Program-made: the position numbers and the translations under genes
DNA from: an uncultured archaeon
GTDB taxonomy: Archaea > Asgardarchaeota > Lokiarchaeia > Sigyniarchaeales > SOKP01
Length of the DNA stretch: 64,000 nucleotides
Reading direction: 5' to 3'
Assembly: GCA_964486045.1 (NCBI GenBank)
Contig: CAZALK010000016.1
Coordinates: 67,853 to 131,852 of the forward strand
In this document: positions 41,096 through 51,034 of the stretch, piece by piece
Layout of the letters: each line of letters begins with the position of its first letter
How positions within the stretch are numbered: the first letter of the stretch is position 1
Notes under the pieces: model-generated
Databases searched by the model: none
What the model was told of the DNA's origin: nothing
What the model saw: the letters and a program-made list of their open reading frames with translations, nothing else

Positions 41096-41872
41096 TTAAT
41101 CTCGAAATTTCTTCAGTTTTTTAAATTGAGGTTTTCTCCTTCGACGAGTTAAATCTTTATAATGTCTTTTTCTGAACCGAGAAACACCCATTTTGTTTGA
41201 GCGGATGTTAAGCATAATGTAGTATATGCCTTTAAATCCATATTTGAAGATATTATAAGCGATGTATATCAAAATATATAAGAAAACTTCATGGAAGAAG
41301 GCCAAATTAAAATTGTGTATTATTCCCGAAACTAAAATTATCGATATTATTACAAGAAAAATCTGGTATAATGAGTATCTTACATCATTATAAAAAGATT
41401 TTGGGATCAAGTATAAATCCGCGAATGAGGGTGCTGCTGAGAAGATAATTGAAATCATAACAAATAGATAGAAAAGAAAAAACCAGAAATCTATATGGGG
41501 ATTAGAGATTTGACCCCATAAAAAGAAAAATAACCAAAAAGAAAGGTATAGAGGGGCAAAACCTATCAGAAATCCCTGTAAAAAGGATATTCTTTCATCT
41601 CTGACGTTAACTTGACCCCCATAACCAAAATATTTATCGGGCTTATCCAGCTTAACTCTATGTACTAGAGAAATACTTTCAATATGAGTATTTGTGATAA
41701 GACACATTATGATATGGCATAGTTCATGGACTACAATCCCAATAATACTTACACCTTGAAATATTTTAATGAGAGGATCAGGTGTGTAAGTCAATAGAAC
41801 ATAAGAGATCACAACTGAAAAGAGCATAAAACCGAGGATATAAGGAAGTTCTTCAAACATATTTTTAATCAA
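41096..41872 (-). CDS. Membrane zinc metalloprotease (M50B-like)
   Basis: VHELCH HExxH motif, IGFAP, PSFADL; multiple TM segments. Confidence 0.75.
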   Translation of the reverse strand: MIKNMFEELPYILGFMLFSVVISYVLLTYTPDPLIKIFQGVSIIGIVVHELCHIIMCLITNTHIESISLVHRVKLDKPDKYFGYGGQVNVRDERISFLQGFLIGFAPLYLSFWLFFFLWGQISNPHIDFWFFLFYLFVMISIIFSAAPSFADLYLIPKSFYNDVRYSLYQIFLVIISIILVSGIIHNFNLAFFHEVFLYILIYIAYNIFKYGFKGIYYIMLNIRSNKMGVSRFRKRHYKDLTRRRRKPQFKKLKKFRD

Positions 41873-41982
41873 ATTAAACCTATTTAAATAAAAAAAAAGT
41901 CAGCAAATCCATTTTTTTCTTTAAATATTCTTAAAAGAATTTTAAATTAATATTAAAACCATCTACTAAACTGTTAAAAACA

Positions 41983-43017
41983 ATGTTAAAGAAAAAGATT
42001 TATTTATTATTTATAGTCTTGGGACTCACGTTAAACCTTCTCCTTTGTTTTAAAACTCCATATTTATTGCGAGATGATAAAGGGAATGAAAAAAATAGTA
42101 AAAAGATTAATACTAGTCAAACCGATCTCCCAGATAAAGTATATACTTTTTTAACGCCCACTGACATAAAATTATTTGAAAACTTAGAATTACAGGCTCA
42201 ATTTATATATTTCATTTATATTGAATTAGTAATGCCTAGAGATGTGTCGACTATGAGAATTCGACTCTGGGATCCTGATAACAAGCAATATGATATATTC
42301 GAGAGTGAGATGTTCTTTAACCCTTCATACGGTAGATACTTTGAAATTCCTTTTGGTACGGCAATAGGTGGAAATTATTCTATAGAATTTTATGTTGAAG
42401 CTGTGAAGAATGTAAACATTCATATTATGATGGAAAAAGGGCCAAAATGTCTGTTTGATAAACTAGATTTGCAAGATCCACCTAAAATGATTTTCTATCA
42501 AGTCAAAAGTTATCATAGTGGAATGAGTATTGAACATAATATAACCCTCGAAACGGATATAATGTATAGATTTTATATAGGAAGAGTTTCAGCCATTTCG
42601 ATTAATGAAAGTAATATTGTTTTAATGGATTATAAAATCACAAATCCAAATGAAATAGAATTTGACATGTACAATAATGCTACTATGCAATCCATTGACG
42701 GGATCAATGGATTTAATTTCGGAACCGCAACGAGTGGGATATTTAATATCAGAATTAACATTTACTGCATTGTACCTTATGTAAATATCGCCTACACAAT
42801 AATTAAAGACTATCAAATAAGTGATATCATTGAACCGAATCAAACTAATAATGATCCACCTCCAGTTAACAATACAATTTCGAGGATATTCATATTCCCT
42901 ATGGAGTGGACAATAGGGATAATAATATTTGGAGGTGGTTTATTCTTAGGGTGCTCAATTTTGATCCATTACCAAAAAAGGCAGAACTCGGGTAAGTTTA
43001 AACCTAAGCTTAAATAA
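41983..43017 (+). CDS. Membrane-anchored extracellular protein with two repeated beta domains
   Basis: Signal-like N-terminus, internal repeat (FGTAIGGNYSI / FGTATSGIFNI), C-terminal TM and basic tail. Confidence 0.7.
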   Translation: MLKKKIYLLFIVLGLTLNLLLCFKTPYLLRDDKGNEKNSKKINTSQTDLPDKVYTFLTPTDIKLFENLELQAQFIYFIYIELVMPRDVSTMRIRLWDPDNKQYDIFESEMFFNPSYGRYFEIPFGTAIGGNYSIEFYVEAVKNVNIHIMMEKGPKCLFDKLDLQDPPKMIFYQVKSYHSGMSIEHNITLETDIMYRFYIGRVSAISINESNIVLMDYKITNPNEIEFDMYNNATMQSIDGINGFNFGTATSGIFNIRINIYCIVPYVNIAYTIIKDYQISDIIEPNQTNNDPPPVNNTISRIFIFPMEWTIGIIIFGGGLFLGCSILIHYQKRQNSGKFKPKLK

Positions 43018-43124
43018 TTTATTGAAATTTATATTTTTTCTATAAATTTTTCCAAATTTTTTATTTATATACTCGGAATGATAAAACTTACTAACCTAAA
43101 TTAAATATATAAGAGGTACAAAAG

Positions 43125-43787
43125 ATGCAATTATTAAAAAATAATGAGCTTATGAAGTACAAGCTTAAAATCAAAAATTTTAAACTCAAATTGAATCAAA
43201 ATAATTTAACTATTGTTGCTCAAAGAATGGGATGGGAAGGACAAGGTACAAAGAAGAATCCGATCATAGTAAATCCCAGAAGAAACTTACCTTTAAAATT
43301 AACGTTGATGAATATTCACCTGCATTTAAACTTGAAAAATCTTACTTTAACATCCCTTAACTTATTTCGCTGCAAACATCTTTCAATTGAAGATTGTAAA
43401 ATAAATAATTTAAATTTAAACAGATGCCAAGAGAATACCATTAGGAACAATTCTATTATCAGAATTGAATCTTTCCTGAGTAGATCTAATAATTTTGAGA
43501 ATAATGAAATCTTTAATGTGTTGAACCATAGATTTGAGAGATTAGGTTTTAGACTATTCTTAGTTTTTACTCTAATATTTAGCAGCTTAATGATTTATTC
43601 AGGAATTAGAGGAATAGCAAATAGAGAGACAAATTGGGTCACATTTTACTTATTGATTTTGGGGATCACTGTAACAAGTGCAATTTCTTACTTCTTGATC
43701 CTGCATTTCAAAATGAGGAAGTTACAACCGAATCTTTTTAAAGAGAATTTCTCAATGACGCGTTTAAATCAATTATTCTCAAATTAA
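43125..43787 (+). CDS. Short parallel beta-helix (NosD-like) membrane protein
   Basis: GQGTKKNPIIV motif (cf. GTGSSSDPYVI in 49336), Asn-ladder repeats, 2 TM segments. Confidence 0.55.
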   Translation: MQLLKNNELMKYKLKIKNFKLKLNQNNLTIVAQRMGWEGQGTKKNPIIVNPRRNLPLKLTLMNIHLHLNLKNLTLTSLNLFRCKHLSIEDCKINNLNLNRCQENTIRNNSIIRIESFLSRSNNFENNEIFNVLNHRFERLGFRLFLVFTLIFSSLMIYSGIRGIANRETNWVTFYLLILGITVTSAISYFLILHFKMRKLQPNLFKENFSMTRLNQLFSN

Positions 43788-43800
43788 GGGAAATGATAAA

Positions 43801-44157
43801 ATGAGTCGACGAGATTATTACAGCTTTCAAAGAGGGAGGAGAGGATCGAAAGTTTTTTGGATTTTTTTTGGGATAGTGGCTTTTGCGGCTATTTATTTCC
43901 CATTTTTTGGGGGAAATTTAAAATATCAAATTGGAAATGCTGTATCTGGCATCTTCGACCAAATAGGTAGGTTTCTTTTTTTTGGGGGATTAATACTCTT
44001 GGGAATCGGATTTCTCCGGATGTTTACCGGAAGTTTTAAAGGTATCAAATTGGCACTTTTAGGAGTTATACTTTTGTGGGTTGCTATTAACTTTTTTGAT
44101 CCTGGTTTATGGGGAATTTTGACTCATGGTAAAGGAGTTTCGCAGGGATATCACTAG
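43801..44157 (+). CDS. Small 3-TM membrane protein (VirB2/pilin-like size and pattern)
   Basis: Gly-rich hydrophobic hairpin with a short basic loop (RMFTGSFKGIK). Confidence 0.55.
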   Translation: MSRRDYYSFQRGRRGSKVFWIFFGIVAFAAIYFPFFGGNLKYQIGNAVSGIFDQIGRFLFFGGLILLGIGFLRMFTGSFKGIKLALLGVILLWVAINFFDPGLWGILTHGKGVSQGYH

Positions 44158-44190
44158 AAATCAATTTAAGAAAAAAAAAATAAAAAAAAA

Positions 44191-44421
44191 TTAGATTATT
44201 ATTCCTATGCGGAAGTATTTTATCCCCGTGTACATTCCCGTTATCCCTACAATAACTAAACTAATGATGATAACTTTAAAGGCCGATCCCCTATTGAATC
44301 TCCCTCCAAGGAATAGTATTCCAAATCCTGCGATAATTCCTATAAATCCTAACAAAGAGAAAAATGCAATGAGGAATTCAAATCCATCCGCTACACTTGA
44401 TAAATATGTATCAGCATCCAT
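44191..44421 (-). CDS. Small 2-TM membrane protein (VirB2/CedA1-like pattern)
   Basis: Amphipathic N-helix, TM, basic loop GGRFNRG, second TM; GGAG not obvious but codon use is coding-like. Confidence 0.55.
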   Translation of the reverse strand: MDADTYLSSVADGFEFLIAFFSLLGFIGIIAGFGILFLGGRFNRGSAFKVIIISLVIVGITGMYTGIKYFRIGIII

Positions 44422-44610
44422 ATTTTTTCACTATTTGGAGTTTAAAAATTAGATCCGTCAGTCTTTTATAAAAGAAAAAAAAGTCTAAAAATGTCTTAAA
44501 CATAGGCATTTTAAATAATATCATTTCATTGTAAATCAATTCTAATTCTTTTTTTACCTATACTCCTCAGATAAATAATAACGATTAATCATAGAGGAAA
44601 TACCCTTATA

Positions 44611-45515
44611 TCACTTTCTCCATCTCAACTGCAAGTCATAACACTGCTTAATTAACTTTAAAATGTCATCTACTTGGGTAATGTTTTTTATGTTTGTAAA
44701 AAGATTTACTCTTCCCCATCGCATGGATTTTGCTAATGGTTCTAATTCGATTTTACTAACTGAGGAAGTGTCAGGTTTAACTTCCCCGAACTTAAGAAAT
44801 ATTCTAATTTGTTTATTATAAGGTTTGACCTTTAATGTACAAAATTCAGTATCTCTCTTATAAGTAACACTATTAATTTTTTTGTATAATACTTCAAATA
44901 TATCATCTCCTAAGTCTAATATTCCGTTATGTAACGATAGTATTATCTTTTCAAAAGTAGGTAATTTTTCTATTAAGAAATTAGTATTCTCATTTACACG
45001 ATTAGAGGTTTTTTCTTCATTAGCTTCAATTGGGTAAGACACATCTATCTCGTGCGATTTTAAGACACTTAAATCGTTTCCGATTTTAATTATTGTTTCT
45101 TCTAAATGTTGTTTATCAAATTCTTCTCCTATTTGACCTGTGATCAATTTTATAAAACTATCGTTAGGGTTTAAAAGTAAATAATCAATTGCCTCTCTTA
45201 CTTTTTGTTTAATGGTTAGATATTTGTATAATTTCGTTAATTTTCCTAATTTTACACTATCTTTAGAAATATAATTTAAAATTTAGCCTCAACATATATT
45301 TTATTTTCATCCGTCTTTAGTTCATAATCTACTTTACCGCCACTGGAAGTCGTTCTTTCCCTTTTTACTTCTTCTATATTATAAAGGTCCCAACCTAAAC
45401 TCTGTAAGATCGGATCTATAATACTCCCTCTAGTATTTGATTCGTCTTTTAGCTTACCTTTTACATTTTCTATCCTCTCGATAAAAATTTCTAAACTCTC
45501 TTTATCTAACACCAT
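44611..45515 (-). pseudogene. Disrupted HsdR-N-like PD-(D/E)XK nuclease with DUF5655-like C-terminal domain
   Basis: ESNTR..IIDPILQSLGWD...VDYEL....VEAK stops immediately; another frame resumes LNYISKDSVKLGKL and continues into ORF 44611..45147. Consistent with internal deletion and frameshift. Confidence 0.7.
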
Positions 45516-45680
45516 AAAAAAGGAATAAAATGCATTAATTTAAGGTTTTTTTTTTAAATCTTCGTATCCATCTGCTTCATTTTGAATAAACTGCTAAAAA
45601 GTATCTTATTATTAAAAAAACAAGGAATTAAATAGTTTAGGCAAATAATGTGCATAGGCAAAGATTTATCAATCAAATAT

Positions 45681-45798
45681 GGATTTCACTACCCGCCCCT
45701 GGATTTTTGTCTTTTGGTAGTGTAACTTGTTACACTTAAAAATTTTCTCGCCCTTATACTGGTTTGTCTCTTATTGAAACTCTGGGTAGTGAACATCC
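45681..45798. other. About 118-bp element with terminal inverted repeats and an internal palindrome (sRNA or MITE-like)
   Basis: GGATTTCACTACCC (45681-45694) / GGGTAGTGAACATCC (45784-45798); internal AGTGTAAC-TT-GTTACACT (45719-45736). Confidence 0.5.
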
Positions 45799-46015
45799 TC
45801 CTTATTATATATGTGTTATGGTGCTAAAGAAAATGTCTTAAAGCAAATTTTAAGTAGTTATTTTTCAAAAACATCGAATTAAATTGTTGAAACTTTATTA
45901 ATATATTAGACAAAGATTTACTATTAAATTAATAGCTCAAGTGAAAAAACATAAAAAACCTTGATTCTTAAGCACTCTCTCACTTTAAATTGAAGGAGCT
46001 GGGTTAAGAAGATTA

Positions 46016-46252
46016 ATGAGTAGTGCTGAACTCGCAAGAAAAAGTCTCATTGAACATGCGTTAAATGAGATTCGCAATATACCACTTTACAGTAATTTCA
46101 AGCGTAGTACATATTATGTTATCGCCAAATTGGGGCTACAACGTAAAGCGAATGTAGAGGAACTTTTCGAGACTGCAGATTGGAATAATATAAAATGTAG
46201 AGACGATATATTTGAAAGGTTAAAGCATGTTTTATTTAAAAATATTAAGTAA
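46016..46252 (+). CDS. Small hypothetical protein
   Basis: 78-aa ORF with AAGGAG upstream. Confidence 0.6.
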   Translation: MSSAELARKSLIEHALNEIRNIPLYSNFKRSTYYVIAKLGLQRKANVEELFETADWNNIKCRDDIFERLKHVLFKNIK

Positions 46253-46266
46253 CTTTTAAATAATTT

Positions 46267-46542
46267 TTATGTAAGAGCTCTCTTCTCAAATTTCTCTCCA
46301 CAATATTTGCAATTCAGAATCTCTTGACCTTTACCCATATTATCAACTGATCCCCCACATTCAGGACAATGCAATGACGCAAATTCATAACCAAAGGTTT
46401 CCCCGAACCGTGTATTAACGAGTTCCCAAACATGAGTAAGGACACCATTAACACTTGAATTCTTTTCAGCACCAATGTTTAGTATTGCTATATTCTTTTT
46501 CGCGTCTACTCGGATTTTTATGGATTCTATAAATTCTAAAGC
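46267..46542 (-). pseudogene. Start-less C-terminal fragment with zinc ribbon
   Basis: Manual translation ...IRVDAKKNIAILNIGAE...LHCPECGG...LNCKYCGEKFEKRALT*; upstream in-frame stop, no canonical start. Confidence 0.6.
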
Positions 46543-46655
46543 TTACTAGATTATTTAATCTGAATGTTTCTTCTTAGATTTATTTAAATTCCTTTTTCTC
46601 ATGTGAAAAAGTGACAGAAGTGTCAAATATATATTAATGTATTTTTTCTTGTTAT

Positions 46656-47225
46656 TTGGGTATAAGAGGTTTCAAAATAGAATGTAAAGGTTATATTGAA
46701 AAAATGAGTATATCTGATTACATGTTCAAATTATTAGTCATTGGCGATGCTCCTGGCAGCAAACAAGCTTTTGTAAAACGCTATTGTTTCGATATTTTCA
46801 AACCACATAACAAATTAACTATTGGTGTAGATTTCTGTTCAAAAACAACAACCTTCAATGGTAAAAGAGTAAAATTACAAATATGGGATTTTGGTGGAGA
46901 AATAAAATTACAATTTTTATTTACCGAATATTGTAAAAGTGCTCATGGGGCTTTTTTTTTGTATGATATAACTACTCAACTCTCATTAGACCACCTTCTA
47001 GAATGGATTCAAGTAGTCAGAAAAAACTCAGGAGACATTCCTATAATACTAATTGGATCTAAGTTAGATTTGCATGAAGATAGAGCAGTTTCATATGAGG
47101 ATGGATTATTAACAGCAAAAAAATATAATCTTGCTTCTTTTTTAGAAATCTCTTCCAAAACAGGAGAGAATGTAGATAAAGCATTTGAAATTATGATCAA
47201 GATGTTAATAGAGGTAATTATATAG
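46656..47225 (+). CDS. Rab-like small GTPase with degenerate P-loop
   Basis: GDAPGSKQA in G1, TIGVDF, KLQIWDFGG, GSKLD, EISSK; probable start ATG about 46704. Confidence 0.85.
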   Translation: MGIRGFKIECKGYIEKMSISDYMFKLLVIGDAPGSKQAFVKRYCFDIFKPHNKLTIGVDFCSKTTTFNGKRVKLQIWDFGGEIKLQFLFTEYCKSAHGAFFLYDITTQLSLDHLLEWIQVVRKNSGDIPIILIGSKLDLHEDRAVSYEDGLLTAKKYNLASFLEISSKTGENVDKAFEIMIKMLIEVII

Positions 47226-47480
47226 GGTTGAGGTATTTTAATGAAAGTTAGTCTTAATTATCATGGAATTGTGGAAGAAAATTTAGTAGTCGCAATGAAA
47301 TACCTAACATATTTTTTATAAAATTTAAGACCTAAAATTGAAGATTAACTTCATTTAAAAGCAAAAGAATTCTTATTATGGAATGACGAAATTGGATGAT
47401 GTCTAAATAATGTTTAAAATAAAAACTAGTATCAAAAATTATACTTACTATCCCAAATTCAAGAAAAGGTAGGAAAAGAA

Positions 47481-47894
47481 ATGAAATTAACTCCCGGAAA
47501 AAAAGAGGAAGCCCCAAATAAACTTTATGATGCCCCATTTAAAGTAATTATTTTTAGTGAGTTTGGAAGGCACAAAACTGCTTTTACTGAAAGATATTTA
47601 ATCAATATGTCTGATTCTGAAATGTCCATTGGAGTAAAATTTTGGATTAAAAACCTTGTAGTCGGTAGATATAAAATTACGTTGAATATCTTTGATTTAA
47701 GTAGTGAAGCAAGATTCAGATTCTTAATTCCTACATATGTTCATGGTGCAAATGGCGTTCTTTTTTTGTACGACGTTAATAGAGAATCTACTCTTTTGAA
47801 TATTAATGAGTGGCTTCAAATCATCGGAAAAATATCTCCCGTAGTTGTTGTTGGTGTAATATTTGGACCAGAAAGGAATTTTCTTCTATATTAA
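47481..47894 (+). pseudogene. Degenerate, C-terminally truncated Rab-like GTPase
   Basis: SIGVKF, IFDLSSEARFRFL..Y..GA.G.LFLYDV recognisable; G1 and G3 degenerate; ends before G4/G5. Confidence 0.7.
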
Positions 47895-48134
47895 GTTCTT
47901 TTAGTTTTTTCTTTTTTCCCATTTTTTATCATCTCTAAATTACAAATACAACATTTTAATCCATAATAATAAAAAAACCGATAAGTGAGATAGTCAATAT
48001 GATAATACTAATTATACACGCTGGTAATTTATATTTTACATCTTCTCCTCCCAATTGTTTTAAAAAACCCCACTTGAATTCCCTTTGCAATTATCTTAGC
48101 TCCTTATATAATTTTTCCTGACTATTTCTTCCAA

Positions 48135-48380
48135 ATGATTACTAATTGGGGACATAGTGATGATAAAATACAGGGGTTATTAGTAATTGAATCGATTATT
48201 TGGAAAGCGTTACAACCTTCCCATCTAATGTTTATTGGATTATTGTTACTAATATTTATGGAAAATATTAGAAATGAGGAGAGAAAGAATTTATATCGGA
48301 TAATTTTAGTATCAATTATAACAGTTTATTATATATATCTAACCACTATTGTCTTTATAATACCTATAGTTTTAGCTTAA
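48135..48380 (+). CDS. Small membrane protein or fragment
   Basis: 81-aa hydrophobic ORF. Confidence 0.35.
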   Translation: MITNWGHSDDKIQGLLVIESIIWKALQPSHLMFIGLLLLIFMENIRNEERKNLYRIILVSIITVYYIYLTTIVFIIPIVLA

Positions 48381-48538
48381 CTATAATTTTCAATTTTCTT
48401 TTTAAGATCATTTAATTAACTTTTTGATTCCAGGGAACGTGGCTATGAGCAGATACTAAGCCACAGAGGCATGAAATGGTATACCAAGACTTGATATAGT
48501 TGAAGAACTACCTTTTGTTATAGTCTTGTCTATTTAAA

Positions 48539-49063
48539 TTAAGGTAATATAAATAACCGTATATATACCATATCAAAATAACTTTCTTTATCAGGAGAAA
48601 TAATTTCCCATATTTCGGCGATAATTATCTGATTTGCTCCCGGTTGATAAAATGAAACATTTAACATTTCAGATATCCAAAATTGGTTATGAGATAATGT
48701 GATTTTTGTCGTATTAAAGTAAGATGTCGCATTAATAGAACCAGAAGTTGTTAAATTGGTATTATTATCGCCTCTTAAAATCTCAGCTCGAAATGAAAAT
48801 TCTCGTTTCATCTGATTTTCAACCGTAATATAAAAAGAAATATTCTGACCTACAGTTGCATTAGTAGGATAGTTTTCAGCCTTTTTTTCTGAATTAAGAA
48901 TTCCAAGAGTAACATAACCAGGTTCAGGCGTAATTATGTAATATAAAATAAATCCGGAAACAATTATGATTCCAATAATTAGACAAATTTTAAGTAAGGA
49001 ATCAAATTGCTTGTTACTCTTTCTTTCACTCTCGCCCCCATCTACATTGGTTTTCTCAATCAT
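48539..49063 (-). CDS. DUF1616-like membrane-anchored protein
   Basis: One TM then LGILNSEKKAENYPTN....G......V.N motif. Confidence 0.7.
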   Translation of the reverse strand: MIEKTNVDGGESERKSNKQFDSLLKICLIIGIIIVSGFILYYIITPEPGYVTLGILNSEKKAENYPTNATVGQNISFYITVENQMKREFSFRAEILRGDNNTNLTTSGSINATSYFNTTKITLSHNQFWISEMLNVSFYQPGANQIIIAEIWEIISPDKESYFDMVYIRLFILP

Positions 49064-49335
49064 TAACTTTTTATATCCTACTTGACAGAAGTCTTTTTTG
49101 ATTTTACTATTGACAGGTGGTTTCGTAAAAATAATCTGTATTCATAACATTTTTTTCTCTTCAGCTCTCTTTACCTTTAAAATTGGAAGTAAAATAAACA
49201 ATACAAGCATAAAAATGGTAAATATTTAATTTTGAGTATGATATTTTTGTTACTTTTTCTTTTTGATAATAAATAGCACTACTATTAGTGATCAAAATTA
49301 TTACTTTTGATTTTAAATTTGTTTTCATTTTACTT

Positions 49336-50499
49336 TCACCTCGATTTCTTCAGTTTGCTGCTTAGAATGATTGCTACAACGAATAGAATACCAAGCAGGA
49401 AGAATGGATTATATCCTGGAATTGAGCCCAACCCAGGGAATACTACCCTTGTAAGGAATGGAAGTGAACATTTCATCATTGGATAATTATCTTGACTTCC
49501 CGCAGAACCTGAAATATCATACGGAACATCGCCAATTCCGTCGCTATCTACGTCGGAGCCTAAATAATCACTCCAGAAATTTCCCTTAATTCCATTATCC
49601 CAATCATTATTCGAACCATCATCATAAGCATTGTGAGTGTTATTAAAACAATTTAAATATACTTTATTTTCTGTACTAGTCTCATTTATATATATCCCAT
49701 ACTCACCACTATTATTTACCGCATTTTGTGTAATTTCATTATAATTACTATCCCACACTAAATTTATTCCACTCTCCTTATTCTGAGATACCGTATTGAA
49801 AATAATAAGATTCCTATTACTCTCATTTAATGTTATCCCATCGCGGCTATTGTTATATGCAGTATTATATGAAACAATACTAGAATTGCTGTACCATAAA
49901 AAAATCCCACTACCAAAATTGTTATAACTTGCAGTATTTTCAGAAATATTTGTATAATTACTAAATGCTATGATTATCCCAATAGAATTATTACTTGCGT
50001 CATTTCTAGAGATCGAATTACTGTTACTAAACTTTATACCAATTCCAGCGTTATTGTTGCTTACATTATTATCAACTAATTCTCCATTGCTAACATTTCT
50101 TAATGTTATTCCCGCTTCAAAAGAACTTGACTCGTTACCCGAATTATAGAGAGTGCAGTTTTCAACTTTAAAGTACACATTGGAATTTTCAATCAAGATA
50201 CCGCTTCCCGAACCTCCAGCATCTATTACTAAATCTTCTATAACATAAGGGTCGGAAGATGAGCCCGTTCCAGTAACTATACCCGCAGCCTTTGCAGCAG
50301 TCCAATTATTATCAATATGGATTTTTCCCGATACTGCTGAGATTTTTAGATTTTTATTATCTAAATTACTATCATCGTTATTTCCCCCATTAAAATTGAG
50401 ATTATTGTTTATTATAGGTGATAAAGCGAAAAGGATTCCTAAAGTGATTAAAATTATTAATTTTGATTTTGGATTTGATTTCATTGTTCTTGTTGCCAT
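49336..50499 (-). CDS. NosD-like parallel beta-helix surface protein with Loki-CTERM-type tail
   Basis: GI.L..S..N.I..N repeats, GNFWSDY.G.D.DGIGD.PY, C-terminal IPGYN-TM-KLKK. Confidence 0.88.
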   Translation of the reverse strand: MATRTMKSNPKSKLIILITLGILFALSPIINNNLNFNGGNNDDSNLDNKNLKISAVSGKIHIDNNWTAAKAAGIVTGTGSSSDPYVIEDLVIDAGGSGSGILIENSNVYFKVENCTLYNSGNESSSFEAGITLRNVSNGELVDNNVSNNNAGIGIKFSNSNSISRNDASNNSIGIIIAFSNYTNISENTASYNNFGSGIFLWYSNSSIVSYNTAYNNSRDGITLNESNRNLIIFNTVSQNKESGINLVWDSNYNEITQNAVNNSGEYGIYINETSTENKVYLNCFNNTHNAYDDGSNNDWDNGIKGNFWSDYLGSDVDSDGIGDVPYDISGSAGSQDNYPMMKCSLPFLTRVVFPGLGSIPGYNPFFLLGILFVVAIILSSKLKKSR

Positions 50500-50571
50500 A
50501 ATAATATATGAGTTTTAAGTATTTAATAATTAGGTTAATTTCCTTTATATCCATTTTAATCTATTTGAGCA

Positions 50572-50600
50572 TTTGTTTTGTTTTGTTTTGTTTTGTTTTA
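50572..50600 (+). repeat. (TTTTG)n microsatellite
   Basis: tttg ttttg ttttg ttttg ttttg tttta. Confidence 0.85.
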
Positions 50601-50673
50601 GTTTATTTTATGATTGTGAAGAGAGAATTTGTAATACATCTCTTTTGAATGAGCATTAGTATATTATAAGTAA

Positions 50674-50874
50674 ATGAATGTTCTAAAAATTCTCTCCTCT
50701 CGCCTAAAGTCATGCACTCCTCAAGAGGCACAAAATATTGTAGGTGAATTAAAAAAGCGGGGATTGATCTCTATAATTAAAAAATGCCCTAAATGTGGCA
50801 TGGCTTTCAAATCTCTACCCAAAGCGTGCGTAGATTGCGGAAAAACTGAATCTTTAGCGCATTCTCTAGCATAG
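50674..50874 (+). CDS. Small zinc-ribbon protein
   Basis: CPKCG...CVDCG. Confidence 0.6.
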   Translation: MNVLKILSSRLKSCTPQEAQNIVGELKKRGLISIIKKCPKCGMAFKSLPKACVDCGKTESLAHSLA

Positions 50875-51034
50875 GATAAAATATTTGAATAATTGCTATT
50901 ATTTATTAAAATTACCGATATCAAAGGTAATACTGAAGTGTTCGGAATCTGAAGCGTAAATGGAGTTTAATATATCTGCCAATCCTGGAAACTCCGAGGT
51001 GATTAAGAAGTAATTTAAGCTAAAATTGGTATTA

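Noticed and set aside
45684-45703. tRNA-3'-end-like sequence as a possible att site
   Set aside because: No proper TTCRA T-loop or cloverleaf and no integrase nearby; better explained as an arm of the inverted repeat.
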